Part shown: in pieces, positions 30,031-40,853 of the stretch
Numbering within the stretch: the first letter of the stretch is position 1
How the letters are laid out: every line of letters begins with the position of its first letter
Origin: Candidatus Latescibacterota bacterium
GTDB taxonomy: Bacteria; Latescibacterota; UBA2968; GCA-2709665
Length of the DNA: 64,000 nt
Direction: 5' to 3'
NCBI GenBank assembly: GCA_965222075.1
Contig: OZ244937.1
Coordinates: 3,424,001 to 3,488,000, forward strand
Made by a program: the position numbers and the translations under genes
Notes under the pieces: generated by a model
The model's database searches: none
What the model saw: only the letters and a program-made list of their open reading frames with translations
Told to the model about the DNA's origin: nothing

Positions 30031-30984
30031 TCAAAACTGGACAACAAAATCAATGTACGGCACACCGGGGAAAAATGCTTCCTCTCCTATCATATTGATA
30101 AGCGCGAGGTCTACACTCAATCGTCTGCCAAAGAATCGCAGTCCATAAGAGATCAAGGTCTCGTCTACACCCGGAAAGATCCAGTTTTCCGAAACAAATG
30201 CTATCCGTCGAGTCAAGCGTTTCTCTCCGCCAACCATCACCATAGGATGATCTGCTAAATCTCGGTCGACAAAGCCATAACCGAGTCCTGCAGTCAGGCT
30301 TGCATCGGGTTGCCCAAACGTTATTACACCATACAATATGCCCACAACTGAGTACTCATCAGGGACACGCACAAGAAGCGCGCCCACGGAAAACTGAACG
30401 GGATCTTCTTGTACTAAACCAAATTTTGGCGCGAAAAAAAAGAGTTGCTCATCCATATCTACGCCGGGAAAGATAGAAACCCCACCTCCCAGTGTAAAAC
30501 GATCAGTTACCCCATAAGCAAATCCTGGAAAAAAGAGATAATAATCGGAAAAATAACCTCTGCCCTGTTCCAGCATACGCGCCGTAGGTGCAAAGAACAG
30601 GCGCGTTGTATTGGGATTTTTAAACCAGATCTCACCATCGTGTATCGAAGTAACAGGTACTGTTTCAATGTGTTTAATCTTTGAAATGGGAATGTGGATT
30701 ATGCCCAGGTCCGTCTCAAATGCAATCTCTTCATCACCAATCTGCACGATGCGTCCGACATTTGTCGATGCATCCATTGTCTCAATCACCTGAATATGAT
30801 TAGAATCGGGAATTGCCAACTGGGCCATTAGGCATGCGCTTTTAAGTTGCGTATCCTTCGCACGTTCTTCTGCAAAGGCAATACTCATGGCGTCCAGAGA
30901 AATCGTAGTCCAGGTGGAGAACAAGAGTAACCATAGCATCCGTGTGCCAACTACAGGGGTATCGATGCATACTTTAGGTACCAT
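30031..30984 (-). CDS. Hypothetical exported/outer-membrane protein (cassette)
   Basis: NTTRLFFAPTAR..YGVTDRF; beta-strand-like pattern; C-terminal Phe. Confidence 0.65.
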   Translation of the reverse strand: MVPKVCIDTPVVGTRMLWLLLFSTWTTISLDAMSIAFAEERAKDTQLKSACLMAQLAIPDSNHIQVIETMDASTNVGRIVQIGDEEIAFETDLGIIHIPISKIKHIETVPVTSIHDGEIWFKNPNTTRLFFAPTARMLEQGRGYFSDYYLFFPGFAYGVTDRFTLGGGVSIFPGVDMDEQLFFFAPKFGLVQEDPVQFSVGALLVRVPDEYSVVGILYGVITFGQPDASLTAGLGYGFVDRDLADHPMVMVGGEKRLTRRIAFVSENWIFPGVDETLISYGLRFFGRRLSVDLALINMIGEEAFFPGVPYIDFVVQF

Positions 30985-31029
30985 GAGATCTCATTCTTTC
31001 GAGAATACTGATGGCCGTTCTCCAATTTC

Positions 31030-31171
31030 CCATAACGTCTGACGGTTTGCGAACCCCGAGCTCGGTCGCTGAGCCTGAACCCTGAGCCTGTCGAAGGGTG
31101 TCGAAGCGTGTCGAGGGGTTGCCGAAGGCCAAGGCGCGAATGCGCCGTAGCGCAACACCGTGCTGTTAGAC
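31030..31171 (-). other. attC site 10 (with doubly nested hairpin insertions)
   Basis: CCATAAC...GTTAGAC. Confidence 0.85.
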
Positions 31172-31524
31172 GATCGCGGCGACCAACCTTATTCGCAGTT
31201 CTGCCTCTCGAAATTTCGAACAACCATTCCCACACACTCCGTGAAACCTTGCTTAACGTAGAAATCAGACACATCTCGGTCGCACACAAGGTCAATCATG
31301 TAAAAATGCCCAAACTCCTTGAGCATTCGCCTGACAAGCTCAGCTCCAATGCCCATACCATGGTAGTCGGGCAGTACACCGAGGTGAGGAATATATGCAC
31401 AGGACACACCATCCGAGATGGCAGAAATCCAACCGACGACCTCTCCTTCTGGCGAAATAGCCAGAACAAAGAAATCGCTGCCCTGCAAAATTCTAAGATG
31501 CGCCTCTGGGGAGGGAGGATTAGG

Positions 31525-33407
31525 CCTTAAATAAGCGAGTTCCTTAAATAAGCGAGGTTTTGTTGTTTGCTGAACAGAAAGGCCATTTTGTGTTACGATT
31601 TGGTTGATAGAAGTATCCGTGCTGCCTAATATGGTGCGCGGGAGGTCGTTCTGGCGTTTGTTGAGTGTTTGTTGGAGTGGTAAAGCGAACCGTTATTTGT
31701 CGGGTGGGCGTATTTGTCCGTTGCGTCGCCGTGGGCGTCGTGGGTCCCCTGGTACAAGGTCACGGTTCGTGCCGGTGTCAGGTGAAGCCGGTTCGTTCGA
31801 TGGTAGCCCAAGCGCTCAAGAGTCTTTTCAGGGATGGCTGATAGCCGATGATGCGCACCCTCGTGCTTCGGGCGTGTCGCACGACACGACAGGGAAACAG
31901 GATGATGTGTGTGAGGAAGGTCCGAAAGTCCATACGGATATATTGTCGGCGATGGTTTTTTTGATGCATCATCAGGGCAAACCACGACTTGATGTTCCAG
32001 GCCAGTGCGGCGATGACCATGTAGGCCCAGTTGCTGATCAAGTCATACAAGGGCACGCGCAGGGCATTGACGCCGTTCTTAAGCTGTTCGATCACGTTTT
32101 CCTGGTCACATCGTTTGTTGGCAGCAAAGACGACCTCGGCGGGAGTCAGGTCGTCGCGTGTGGTGATATAGAAGAAATATCGGATATCGTCGAAGAGGGT
32201 CTGCTGGCCTTTGGTTTTACTGATGTTTTTGCGGAGGGCCACGACGCGGTAGGGGCGTTCGCACTTGCCCGGCTGGTAGTCAAACTCAGCCACGTCTTCG
32301 AAGTTGAGCGCCAACTTGAGGTAGCCCCGCGCTTTGACGATACGCTGCTTCTCATTGTCCCGTCGCTGCCTTTTCTGGGGCGCGTGAGGCCGGTGCAGGC
32401 GCTGCCAGTTGGCTTCGTCAAGGGCTTCGGCGCGTGTTCGTAAGGCGCTATTGCAGTCCATCCCGAAGATGAAATCGGTGTCCTTTGCCCAGCGATCAAA
32501 GTGACCAGTGAGCGAAAAGTCTGTGTCGCCGCGTAGGCACAGGCGCTGCGCATGGGGCTTCACCAGGGCGATGGCCGCATCGATCCAGGGTGGGGCCCCC
32601 TGGTGACTCGACGCGTTGCCCGGACGGTTGACCACATACAGCACCTCTTTGGTGTTGGCCAACGATACGATCAGGGGTGCATACCCCCACACGCCCTTGT
32701 AGGAGATGTCCATACCGCCCTTCTTCTCCCCATACGTCGGCGCGGTCGTGCCATCCACATCGATGTAGGCGACCGGCTCCAGGAAACTGGCAGCGCGTGT
32801 GCGCCACAACTTGGGGCGTACCGCGTTAATGCAGTCCATAAGCCCAATCACGTCCGCTTCCCTGAAGCGACGCGTGAAGTCGCCCGCGGTGGTCGGGTCC
32901 GGGATCAGCTTCGCGTTCAAGGCATTCATGTAGGCCCCGTCATGTCGCAAACGCTCGATGTCTTCCAGACGCGTGCCACCGCACATAACGTTGTAGGTAA
33001 GGTTCAACACGTGATCCGACTCATGATAGGGCAGATGTACCTTCAACAACTTCAACGTCGTGTCTATCGCGTTGACCAATCCCAACTTGGTCACCAGACG
33101 ATGCACGGCCGCAATGCCACCGTAGCTCATCGCTTCTGGTTGCGCGCTGACCTCGTAATGCACACAGGTGCTGCCAAACATCGGCTTGGCTTGTGCACAA
33201 AAGCGACCGGCAAGCATCTGGCGAGCACGTACCTTGCGCCCACAATTAACACTGTTCCTGCGGCTCTCTTTTACCGATATTCTTTTCACCGGAAAGGCCT
33301 CCTTCGTTGGAGTAGCAATTTCTCGTCCGATACTGCTAACTCCATCTATGGTAAGTCTTTCCGGTACTTTTGTGCACAAAAATCTCAAAAAACCCGCTTA
33401 CTTGGGG
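31525..33407 (-). mobile_element. IS1380-family insertion sequence
   Basis: Imperfect IRs CCTTAAATAAGCGAG / CCCCAAGTAAGCGGG; TSD ATTAGG at 31519-31524 and 33408-33413. Confidence 0.9.
31778..33388 (-). CDS. IS1380 family transposase
   Basis: YIDVDGT, LRGDTDF, RCDQENVIEQLK; true start probably further downstream. Confidence 0.92.
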   Translation of the reverse strand: MRFLCTKVPERLTIDGVSSIGREIATPTKEAFPVKRISVKESRRNSVNCGRKVRARQMLAGRFCAQAKPMFGSTCVHYEVSAQPEAMSYGGIAAVHRLVTKLGLVNAIDTTLKLLKVHLPYHESDHVLNLTYNVMCGGTRLEDIERLRHDGAYMNALNAKLIPDPTTAGDFTRRFREADVIGLMDCINAVRPKLWRTRAASFLEPVAYIDVDGTTAPTYGEKKGGMDISYKGVWGYAPLIVSLANTKEVLYVVNRPGNASSHQGAPPWIDAAIALVKPHAQRLCLRGDTDFSLTGHFDRWAKDTDFIFGMDCNSALRTRAEALDEANWQRLHRPHAPQKRQRRDNEKQRIVKARGYLKLALNFEDVAEFDYQPGKCERPYRVVALRKNISKTKGQQTLFDDIRYFFYITTRDDLTPAEVVFAANKRCDQENVIEQLKNGVNALRVPLYDLISNWAYMVIAALAWNIKSWFALMMHQKNHRRQYIRMDFRTFLTHIILFPCRVVRHARSTRVRIIGYQPSLKRLLSAWATIERTGFT

Positions 33408-33525
33408 ATTAGGCCAACTCTCGAAGTGACTCCCAAGATTGTCGGGACGGATTCCCTCAAGGGTACTCTGGTATCTAATTGACATCGCGTCGTGTGCGTT
33501 CATGTGAATTTTTACTCGCCATGTC

Positions 33526-33606
33526 GTCTAACGTCCCCGCCGTGCCCGAACCGCGAAGCGGTTGCGCGAAGGGCGTAGCCCGAAGCCGGGCACGGACGTG
33601 TTAGAC
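33526..33606 (-). other. attC site 11
   Basis: GTCTAAC...GTTAGAC; CCGTGCCCG/CGGGCACGG arms. Confidence 0.92.
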
Positions 33607-33663
33607 GGCGTTGGCCAAATCGTCACCACGGAGGAGATTTTTGGGCACACGGTTGCAGAGCGT

Positions 33664-35025
33664 TCAAAATGCCTCTTTCCCAACGATCTCGTAAACCCTC
33701 GCCGGATGGCGGTGATCTTTGACCTTATTGAATAGCGCTTTGGCCTTTTCCAGCATCCCGGCCCGTCCATAGAAGTAGATGAGGTTGCCAGCCTCGTTTG
33801 GTCTCCCAGTGAGGTCCCATACCTTCTCCTGCACGACCACGGCCCTGCCCCAATCACCCCTGTGGAATGCCAAACAGGACCCCATTTGCCGAAGTGCAAC
33901 GTAGGCCCATACGGTCTTTTGGCCTAGTCCGTACATGGTCTCATACACCGGATAGGCCTCATCCCACCGGTTCTGTCGAGCCAGTGACAAAGCGAGGTAG
34001 TTCAGGCACTGCTGGTCTTCAGGGGCCAAAGTGACGGCATGGCGGGCAACTTCCTCCATCTCTTCAAAGTCGCGTTTCCACAAAAACATCTGCGCCTTGG
34101 CAGTGAGAGCAACTATGTCATCAGGGTCCTTTGCAAGCCGCAGACTGCATAGCTCCAGGCATTTCTCGATTGCCGTGGCCTGCTTTTGCTGGTCGCCCGC
34201 CCATAAAACGGTAAGCTCGAACGCAACATCGATGGAGTCCGGCGCCGCTTTCGCGGCTCGTTGAAGGGTTGCCGCCTCTTCCTCGGAGGGGCCCTTGATC
34301 GGGTCATATGTCCGTCCGAGCTCCATCAATGCCTCAGGATGGTCCGGGGACACCTCCAGTGCTTCCCTGAAGCGTGCGCGTGCCTCATCCATCCTCATGT
34401 ACAATCGATCCCTCTTGCCCTGTTCCAAGAGTCGGGCAATGGTCCGTGCTGCGAATCCTTCGGGCAGATCATGCTTGCTCCTGTCATCTCTTGCCATGCG
34501 GGTGACCTCCTCCTTAAGCTGCCTGCGCGCCCTGTATAGCCGCTGTTTCACACCTGCAGGGGTCGTTCGTACCAGAAGAGCCACATCCTGAATCGAATAC
34601 CCTTCCAGATAATGCAGTGTAAACGCCTGGACGCTTTTCGCAGGAAGCCTTGAAAACAGTTCCTGGAACGCTGCATTCCGGATAACAGGCTGCTCTGGAT
34701 GTTCTCTGAGATCCGTCACCTCGACAACTGACTTCGCCACGGCTTGGTGGCGGCGATTGTCCCTCAACCTGTTGAGGCAGATGTTGCGAAGTATCTGCCC
34801 CACCCAGGATGAGAATCGAGAGTGCTCCTTCAGAGCCTCAAGCTGTTTGAAGGCCTTCAAGAATGCGTCCTGAAGAGCATCCTGTGCCTCTTCCTTAGCG
34901 TGCACATAACTTAGCGCCTGCAGGTAGAGGCGATCCTGATGGCGTAACACCAGGGCTTCGAATGCAGAAAGGCTGCCAGAGAGTGCGGCGGCGACTAGCT
35001 GGGCATCTGTGGATAGGCTTTCCAT
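33664..35025 (-). CDS. ECF-type sigma-70 factor fused to TPR repeats (cassette, copy A)
   Basis: AFEALVLRHQ, DALQDAF, FSSW, GVKQRLYRAR; C-terminal TPR-like helices. Confidence 0.88.
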   Translation of the reverse strand: MESLSTDAQLVAAALSGSLSAFEALVLRHQDRLYLQALSYVHAKEEAQDALQDAFLKAFKQLEALKEHSRFSSWVGQILRNICLNRLRDNRRHQAVAKSVVEVTDLREHPEQPVIRNAAFQELFSRLPAKSVQAFTLHYLEGYSIQDVALLVRTTPAGVKQRLYRARRQLKEEVTRMARDDRSKHDLPEGFAARTIARLLEQGKRDRLYMRMDEARARFREALEVSPDHPEALMELGRTYDPIKGPSEEEAATLQRAAKAAPDSIDVAFELTVLWAGDQQKQATAIEKCLELCSLRLAKDPDDIVALTAKAQMFLWKRDFEEMEEVARHAVTLAPEDQQCLNYLALSLARQNRWDEAYPVYETMYGLGQKTVWAYVALRQMGSCLAFHRGDWGRAVVVQEKVWDLTGRPNEAGNLIYFYGRAGMLEKAKALFNKVKDHRHPARVYEIVGKEAF

Positions 35026-35117
35026 CGCTCTACCATTACGACACCTCAGGAGAGAGGAAGGTAACGCCGAGGAAGGATTCTTGCAGTAATCTCCGCCCGT
35101 TCGTGAGGGCAAATGCC

Positions 35118-35196
35118 GTATAACGTTCTCGGCACCCCCGAAGCCGCGAAGCGGTTTTGTGCGGAGCGAAGCGAAGCCGGGGGTGCCGTGTTAACC
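35118..35196 (-). other. attC site 12
   Basis: GTATAAC...GTTAACC; CGGCACCCCCG/CGGGGGTGCCG arms. Confidence 0.92.
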
Positions 35197-35260
35197 GATG
35201 TGGAGGTTTGTCGGATCACCAAAAAGTTCAAGAGGCAACCATCACCCCTTGCTTTTTTGT

Positions 35261-35566
35261 TCATTCATTTCCTGCCAGTGCTTCTGACCAACGCCTGGCC
35301 ATTGTCCTCAATTCTTCCTCATGGGCTGGCCAATCGTGAAGCGTGGCAGGATCAAAATCAGCACCATTCGGCCAGACGAGTGTATGCACCTCAGGATCAA
35401 TACGCACCTCATTAAAAAGCAATATATCCATCAGAGGTCCGAACAACTCGCCCTCAAGAACTGGACGAAAATCGATAACTCGAGTCGTTTCATCGTTGAA
35501 TCTGACTTTGATCTGATAGGTCCCAACAATCTCAAATGAAACGACTCGATAGATTGGATGACTCAT
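35261..35566 (-). CDS. DUF2442 protein (putative antitoxin), copy A
   Basis: IKVRFND...F.PL...TLVWPNGADFDP. Confidence 0.85.
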   Translation of the reverse strand: MSHPIYRVVSFEIVGTYQIKVRFNDETTRVIDFRPVLEGELFGPLMDILLFNEVRIDPEVHTLVWPNGADFDPATLHDWPAHEEELRTMARRWSEALAGNE

Positions 35567-35577
35567 TCTATCCTCCC

Positions 35578-35847
35578 TTAATGAAGCGGATCGATCGGCA
35601 AGGGAGGATGCCCAGATTGGAGCCGACCCCAATCTTCAAGGAGCTCCTCCTGATGCAACTCCGCCCAGGCTTCGACGAATCGTTGCTGACGGCGTGGCAA
35701 AGTCCCTGCGATCAATTCAATGGTATCCACAGCGTAAACGGCCACTTCATCTTGATAATAGGCGTGAAAATGAGGCCGATGGTGCTGTGTTCTCGGTTCG
35801 GCAAACATGCGAATGATGATTCCGAAAAACCGAGAAATTTCAGGCAT
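35578..35847 (-). CDS. DUF4160 protein (putative toxin), copy A
   Basis: MPEISRFFGIIIRM...PHFHAYY...WAELHQEELLEDW. Confidence 0.88.
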   Translation of the reverse strand: MPEISRFFGIIIRMFAEPRTQHHRPHFHAYYQDEVAVYAVDTIELIAGTLPRRQQRFVEAWAELHQEELLEDWGRLQSGHPPLPIDPLH

Positions 35848-35997
35848 TTGTTTTCCTTGCGATATGGATTTTATCGATGAAACCCTGCGGGAAATAAACC
35901 GGATTATGCATGGGTAAGCAAAATCCAAATTGGGATGAATGGGAGTCTGTTTTTGCCCCTCAGAGCTTGACCAATTAGCCCTTAAAACCTCCATGTC

Positions 35998-36081
35998 GGT
36001 TAACGTTCATCTGCCCCTGAACCGGCACAGCCGGTTGGGCGAAGGCCCGAATGGGCCGAAGCCAGGGGCAGGGTGTTATGC
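35998..36081 (-). other. attC site 13
   Basis: GGTTAAC...GTTATGC. Confidence 0.9.
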
Positions 36082-36201
36082 GGCCCCGAAGGGCCGGAGC
36101 GCCCGCAGGGTGCGGAGGGTGTGCATTCTACGCCTTGAGGACAGAAGTGCTTGGACTCTCATGCGGTGAAAAGATAATTCCCAAAGAATGAATTGCATTG
36201 G

Positions 36202-36930
36202 CTATTTGGCTTTCTCGATGACAGCTATATATCTTGGCCCCTCAGAATCAATAAAAGTAGAGGCCCTCCAACCTGTGCCAGCCAAAATATCGTGCAACTC
36301 CGCTTTGGACACAAACAGGTAATCAATCCACGGCGTTCTATGGATCTTATAGCGAATGCGCATCTTCACCTGACCCCCCATCCGACCTTGCTGACGATTG
36401 GCTCTGTGATAGGCATGGTGAAGAGGGTTCGAAGTCTGATAGGGATCCAAGGTCTCTGCGATAATGCGTCCTTTGCCAGTAGTCATGTGATAGAACTTAC
36501 GCAACAGCCACCTTGCCCGTCTGTAATTGCTCATCAGACCAAAATTGTTGCCCATCATGAGGAGGGTATCGAAGTGACCCAGGCGGGCATTCAATTGAGT
36601 GATCGACAATCTACGCACCTGCTTCACACCCCTCAATCGGCAGACCTTCACCGCCAGAGAAGATACATCGATCCCTATCACATCGTGTCCTTGATCCTGC
36701 AAATAGAGGGACATCCTCCCCGCGCCGCAGCCAATGTCTAAGGTACGCCCTATGACGTATCTCATGGCCTCCTGTTTCTGAGAGGGCCACTCTTCATAAG
36801 AAGAAAAATAGGCACTGGCCAAACTAGCGACATCAACGTACCCGTCGCTGCGCTCCACAATTTCGTATCTGTCATCCCCGCCTAAGAAATCGTAGAGTAG
36901 TTGACCGAATGCATCTGCATGTTGTTTCAT
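36202..36930 (-). CDS. Class I SAM-dependent methyltransferase (cassette)
   Basis: LDIGCGAG, GIDVS, FDTLLMMGNNFG. Confidence 0.9.
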   Translation of the reverse strand: MKQHADAFGQLLYDFLGGDDRYEIVERSDGYVDVASLASAYFSSYEEWPSQKQEAMRYVIGRTLDIGCGAGRMSLYLQDQGHDVIGIDVSSLAVKVCRLRGVKQVRRLSITQLNARLGHFDTLLMMGNNFGLMSNYRRARWLLRKFYHMTTGKGRIIAETLDPYQTSNPLHHAYHRANRQQGRMGGQVKMRIRYKIHRTPWIDYLFVSKAELHDILAGTGWRASTFIDSEGPRYIAVIEKAK

Positions 36931-37038
36931 GAGTTCACCGAAGATAGCCTCTTATTGGGGACATCTTGCATGGGGAATTCACTATCGGAATTTGAAGTAG
37001 GTAAAGCGTGGGGACAAATTTATCTTATTGCACATGCC

Positions 37039-37137
37039 GCATAACGTTCTCGCGGGCTGCGAACCTGCCGTAGCGAAGCGGAGGCAGGTTGGGTCGGAGG
37101 CGCGAATGCGCCGAAGCCGCAGCCCGTCGTGTTATGC
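37039..37137 (-). other. attC site 14
   Basis: GCATAAC...GTTATGC; CGGGCTGCG/CGCAGCCCG arms. Confidence 0.9.
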
Positions 37138-37298
37138 ATTGCTGGGGCAGGCCTCCGTCACCAAGAACCGTTCAGGGCCAACATACAGCGCACAACATTG
37201 TGTATGTTGCATCTTCCGACTCAGGTTCAATTTTCGATGGGTCTTGTAGCGGGGCGATGGGTAAACGAACAGAGGACTCTGCTTGCAAGGGGTCTCCG

Positions 37299-38291
37299 CT
37301 ATCCCAGTATAACAGCTATTCGGTTGTTCATATATTCGGTGATTTCCTTCAACTCCTGTTTGTTGTACGCCTCTTCAATGAGCCCCCAGCAGGTCAGGTA
37401 CCCAAGCGGATAGCGTAAACGATAGTACTCCAGGTGCAGCTCGTGGTCCTTATGAAGAGGGGCATCGTAGGATTTCCAAAAAGCCTCAAGACAGGAAGCC
37501 ATCAGATCCTCCCGATCGAATCCTAGATCATAGACCTCGTGGGAGAAGTGGTTGTACAATCTAGAAATATCCTGAATCCCGTACCCCGGCCCAACGCCCT
37601 CGAAGTCCAGCAGTCCCGTTACGGTATCTCGCGAAATCATGATGTTGGTTGCAGAGAAATCCCCGTGGGTTAGACAAGGCTGGACGTCTTCGCTAAAGAC
37701 CTCAATCCCTTTCCGGACCCAGCCCTCCAAGCGAGAACCCCATTTGGCAAAAGGGGTTTGAAAACTGGCTTTCACAATCTCTAATCCACGCTGTAGCTCA
37801 TATTCACGAGCTGTATGGCTGGTGTCGATTCCCTCCCGGGGTTTGACCCTGACCTCACCGTCTTTATATGCCAATCCTCCACCAAAGTGAGAGAAAGCAC
37901 TGATTTGGTGGAACGAAGAAAGTATTGTTCCAATCTGGGAATAGACAGCAACGGCTTCCTGGCGGGATAAACTCTCGCCCGCGTCTCCGAGGTTCTGCCC
38001 GTTGATGTACTCTTTGGTTACAAACTCCCCGGGCATGAGGCCAGCACGTAACCCTGTTTCGAGCACTTTGGGAACAGGAAGCTCAGTCTTGTCCTCCAGT
38101 ACGTTGATGACGAGGAGCTCGTGCTCAAGAGCATTAAGTTGACCGGGCGGGACATATTGGACCACAAATGGAGCAGTGTCCCTTGGGTGCACGAGATAAG
38201 TGGGTTTGCAGATGCCGCCTTCCAATTGCTCGAAATGCGCAATCGGTCTCCGGATAACCTCCTCAATGACATCAAGAGTCACTTCAGCCAT
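37299..38291 (-). CDS. Aminoglycoside phosphotransferase (APH)-family kinase
   Basis: LPVPKV, LTHGDFSATN, LLDFE. Confidence 0.85.
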   Translation of the reverse strand: MAEVTLDVIEEVIRRPIAHFEQLEGGICKPTYLVHPRDTAPFVVQYVPPGQLNALEHELLVINVLEDKTELPVPKVLETGLRAGLMPGEFVTKEYINGQNLGDAGESLSRQEAVAVYSQIGTILSSFHQISAFSHFGGGLAYKDGEVRVKPREGIDTSHTAREYELQRGLEIVKASFQTPFAKWGSRLEGWVRKGIEVFSEDVQPCLTHGDFSATNIMISRDTVTGLLDFEGVGPGYGIQDISRLYNHFSHEVYDLGFDREDLMASCLEAFWKSYDAPLHKDHELHLEYYRLRYPLGYLTCWGLIEEAYNKQELKEITEYMNNRIAVILG

Positions 38292-38321
38292 TTAGCCCCG
38301 TGTTGAGTTTGTTGTGCGGGA

Positions 38322-39113
38322 TCAGGATATCAGCTGCTTGGCCAAATCAATACCAGGATCATATCCCTCCAAAGCTGGTTCACCCTGAGAAACAGCAATG
38401 GTCGTGACCATTCGGTAGACCAGCGCGCGGATCAGTAGCTGGGGGAAGTGTTCAACGTGAGAGACATGCTCAATTAGACCTGACGGATCTGCATCCCGCC
38501 AACACACGGCATCCGCTACAACGATAGCAGACGCAAACCCAACTGGACGCCAATAGGGCGAAAAATCGATCACGGCCGGGGAAAGTCCTTCAGCGAAGAG
38601 GATATTCTCCGTAAGGTCACCGTGAATAAGCTGCGATGTGGTTACCATCGGGGAGCGCATGCGGAGTAACTCGGTGAGCCGCTTGTTTGCGAATGGCGGC
38701 TCTATCTCCTCCCAAGCTACAAAATCACCAAGTGACCAAGGATCATCTGAGCGATCGTCCAGGAATGGCGCCCGAGGCAGGTGCTCAATTGCCTTATGGA
38801 ATCGGTCTCCGGTGAGAATTACTTCTGCCCATCTTTCCTGCTCAGGGTGTTCGCCCTCAACCGCTTCTTGGGCACACCACCCGTCAACAACCCATCGTCC
38901 ATCGAAGGCCCGTACGGGAAGTGGCAGCCTAAAGCCTTCTGCTTTAACTGTTGATAGATGGTCGGCGAACCAACGCCAAACGTCAGGACTTTCGTCCGGT
39001 TTGAGGATAAGGTCTCCTGCCAGCCAGCAGCAACCCTCCCCGCCAGCTAGTTGTACCAAATCTGCGGTAACATTGAACGCTTGAATTACCCTATCAGGGG
39101 GCCGGGGGCTCAT
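38322..39113 (-). CDS. TIGR02569-like APH-fold phosphotransferase
   Basis: DGRWVVDGW, QLIHGDLTENILF, VIDFSPYWRP. Confidence 0.8.
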   Translation of the reverse strand: MSPRPPDRVIQAFNVTADLVQLAGGEGCCWLAGDLILKPDESPDVWRWFADHLSTVKAEGFRLPLPVRAFDGRWVVDGWCAQEAVEGEHPEQERWAEVILTGDRFHKAIEHLPRAPFLDDRSDDPWSLGDFVAWEEIEPPFANKRLTELLRMRSPMVTTSQLIHGDLTENILFAEGLSPAVIDFSPYWRPVGFASAIVVADAVCWRDADPSGLIEHVSHVEHFPQLLIRALVYRMVTTIAVSQGEPALEGYDPGIDLAKQLIS

Positions 39114-39184
39114 CTGTTATGATTCGGCAAGAGGTGGACATTCTTAGTTTGTGCGCAACTGTGGTGCTGTCTTGCCCCAGTTTT

Positions 39185-39301
39185 GCATAACGTTCTCGGC
39201 ACTCCCGACCTGCCGGCCTGTCCTCCGGAGCTGCGTAGCAGCGAAGGAGGGAGGCAGGTTTCTGCGGAGCGTCAGCGAAGCTCGGGAGTGCCGTGTTAAG
39301 C
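39185..39301 (-). other. attC site 15 (with inserted hairpin)
   Basis: GCATAAC...GTTAAGC; CGGCACTCCCG/CGGGAGTGCCG arms. Confidence 0.88.
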
Positions 39302-40344
39302 GCATGTGCTGGTTTTGGTGTCAGGAAATCGACTGGCGGTGCCGATCAATGGATCTTAACGAGCGAAATTCGTCCCAATGTTTAATCGAGGAAATATCAC
39401 CTGATGTCTTTATGGATCCGGGCCGATCATCTGATCTGTCGAAGTAGACCGCTTGCATACCGAGCTGCTTTGGTGCAGTATAATCGTTCTGTAGGCTGTC
39501 ACCGATGAATAAGACTCTATTGGCTTGATCAGCTTGCACATTCGCAAGCCCCTGTTGATAAATCTGTTTACCTGGCTTTTTCCATCCGAAGTCCGAGCGG
39601 GCGCGGTCCCATAGTGTGACAAAAAAGATAGCATAACATCCTCAATAATTTCTTATGGTTAGAGGAAAGTTTGGGAAATTTACTTCTAACCAACAAGAAT
39701 CAGAAAGGACGTTATGCTGGATCATATCATAGATCAAGTGACAGAAAAAGTCAACCAAAAGTTGCCTAAGATGGTGAGCGACTTGCAAGAGAGTCTTTCG
39801 TTTGCCGACTTGGAGCATGGCTTGATCGGTTTGCTCCAGGAGGTGGTGGGCATCGTCGTGAGTCCGGTGTTGAATCAGGTTTTTCAGGATGAGGCCTTGC
39901 TGTTTGGGCTGCGTCAGGCAGCCGGTAGTATGGGCTACAGATATAAGGAACATCGGCCTTTGACCGTACGGATTTTGGAAGGTGTAGAAGTTGAAGTCTC
40001 TTCGCCCTATTTCGTTAAGCGGGGTCGCAAACGGGGCAGGAAGAAGCGGGGTCCCAATGGTCGAGGGTGTCATCTGTTATTGGATGTGCTTGGGTTTATC
40101 GGTCAGTGCAGTCCGGAGTTTGTAGATGAAGCTGTGAAGTTGGCCTTGTTATGCCCCTCCTTTGAGGTGGCCACTCAGGTGTTGGATGCCCGTCAGATAA
40201 AGCTGGACAAAAAAACCCTTCGAAGATTGTGCAAAGCTTTAGGCGAATTGGGTCTGGAGCAGAGAGCCACGATTGCTCTAAAAGATGAGCTCTCCTTTTC
40301 AGGTCGCACGGTGTATATCGGCATCGATGGGGGTCGGATGCGGA

Positions 40345-40371
40345 CCTGCCCGCGCGCAGCGCGCAGGCGGG
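40345..40371 (+). repeat. Mini-palindrome variant (27 bp, in frame)
   Basis: cctgcccgcgcgcagcgcgcaggcggg at GA^T. Confidence 0.8.
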
Positions 40372-40534
40372 TGCGTGAGCCCAAGCGGGGTCGAAAGCCG
40401 AAGGGAAAGAAATATCCCCGATATGATACACCTTGGAGAGAACCCAAGTTGTTTACCATCTACATGTTGGACGAAAAAGGTCGCGTCGAAAAATCGTGGA
40501 CGCCTATCCACGATGCGACTCGGGGCAATGCCGA

Positions 40535-40561
40535 CCTGCCTGTGCGGTGCACGCAGACAGG
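40535..40561 (+). repeat. CCTG..CAGG mini-palindrome (27 bp, in frame)
   Basis: cctgcctgtgcggtgcacgcagacagg at GA^T. Confidence 0.9.
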
Positions 40562-40853
40562 TTTGATGTTTGAGATGCTGGAAGCTACCCTTTTGGAACT
40601 GCCCCTGCAACAGGCCGATCGGGTCGTGTTTATCGCCGATGGGGCAGAATGGATCTGGCCGAGGGTAGAGCGTCTGATCTGGAGGTTGGGGGTGCCTCCA
40701 AGCAAGGCGATCCAGATCCTCGACTATTACCATAATAGTGAAACCCTCTTTGAACTGGTGCAACTCCAACCGAAGCTTAAAGAAAAGGCACAACGTGCCC
40801 TGTATGAGACGTGGAAGACCTGGATGTGGAATGGGGAGCTTTTAAAACTCCGA

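Larger units (their letters stand above)
31189..33503 (-). pseudogene. GNAT acetyltransferase cassette gene split by IS1380
   Basis: The 5' part 33503-33408 (..HFESWPN) and the 3' part ending at 31189 (PPSPEAHLRILQGS..VLPDYHGMGIG) join in frame once the IS and one TSD copy are removed. Confidence 0.85.
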
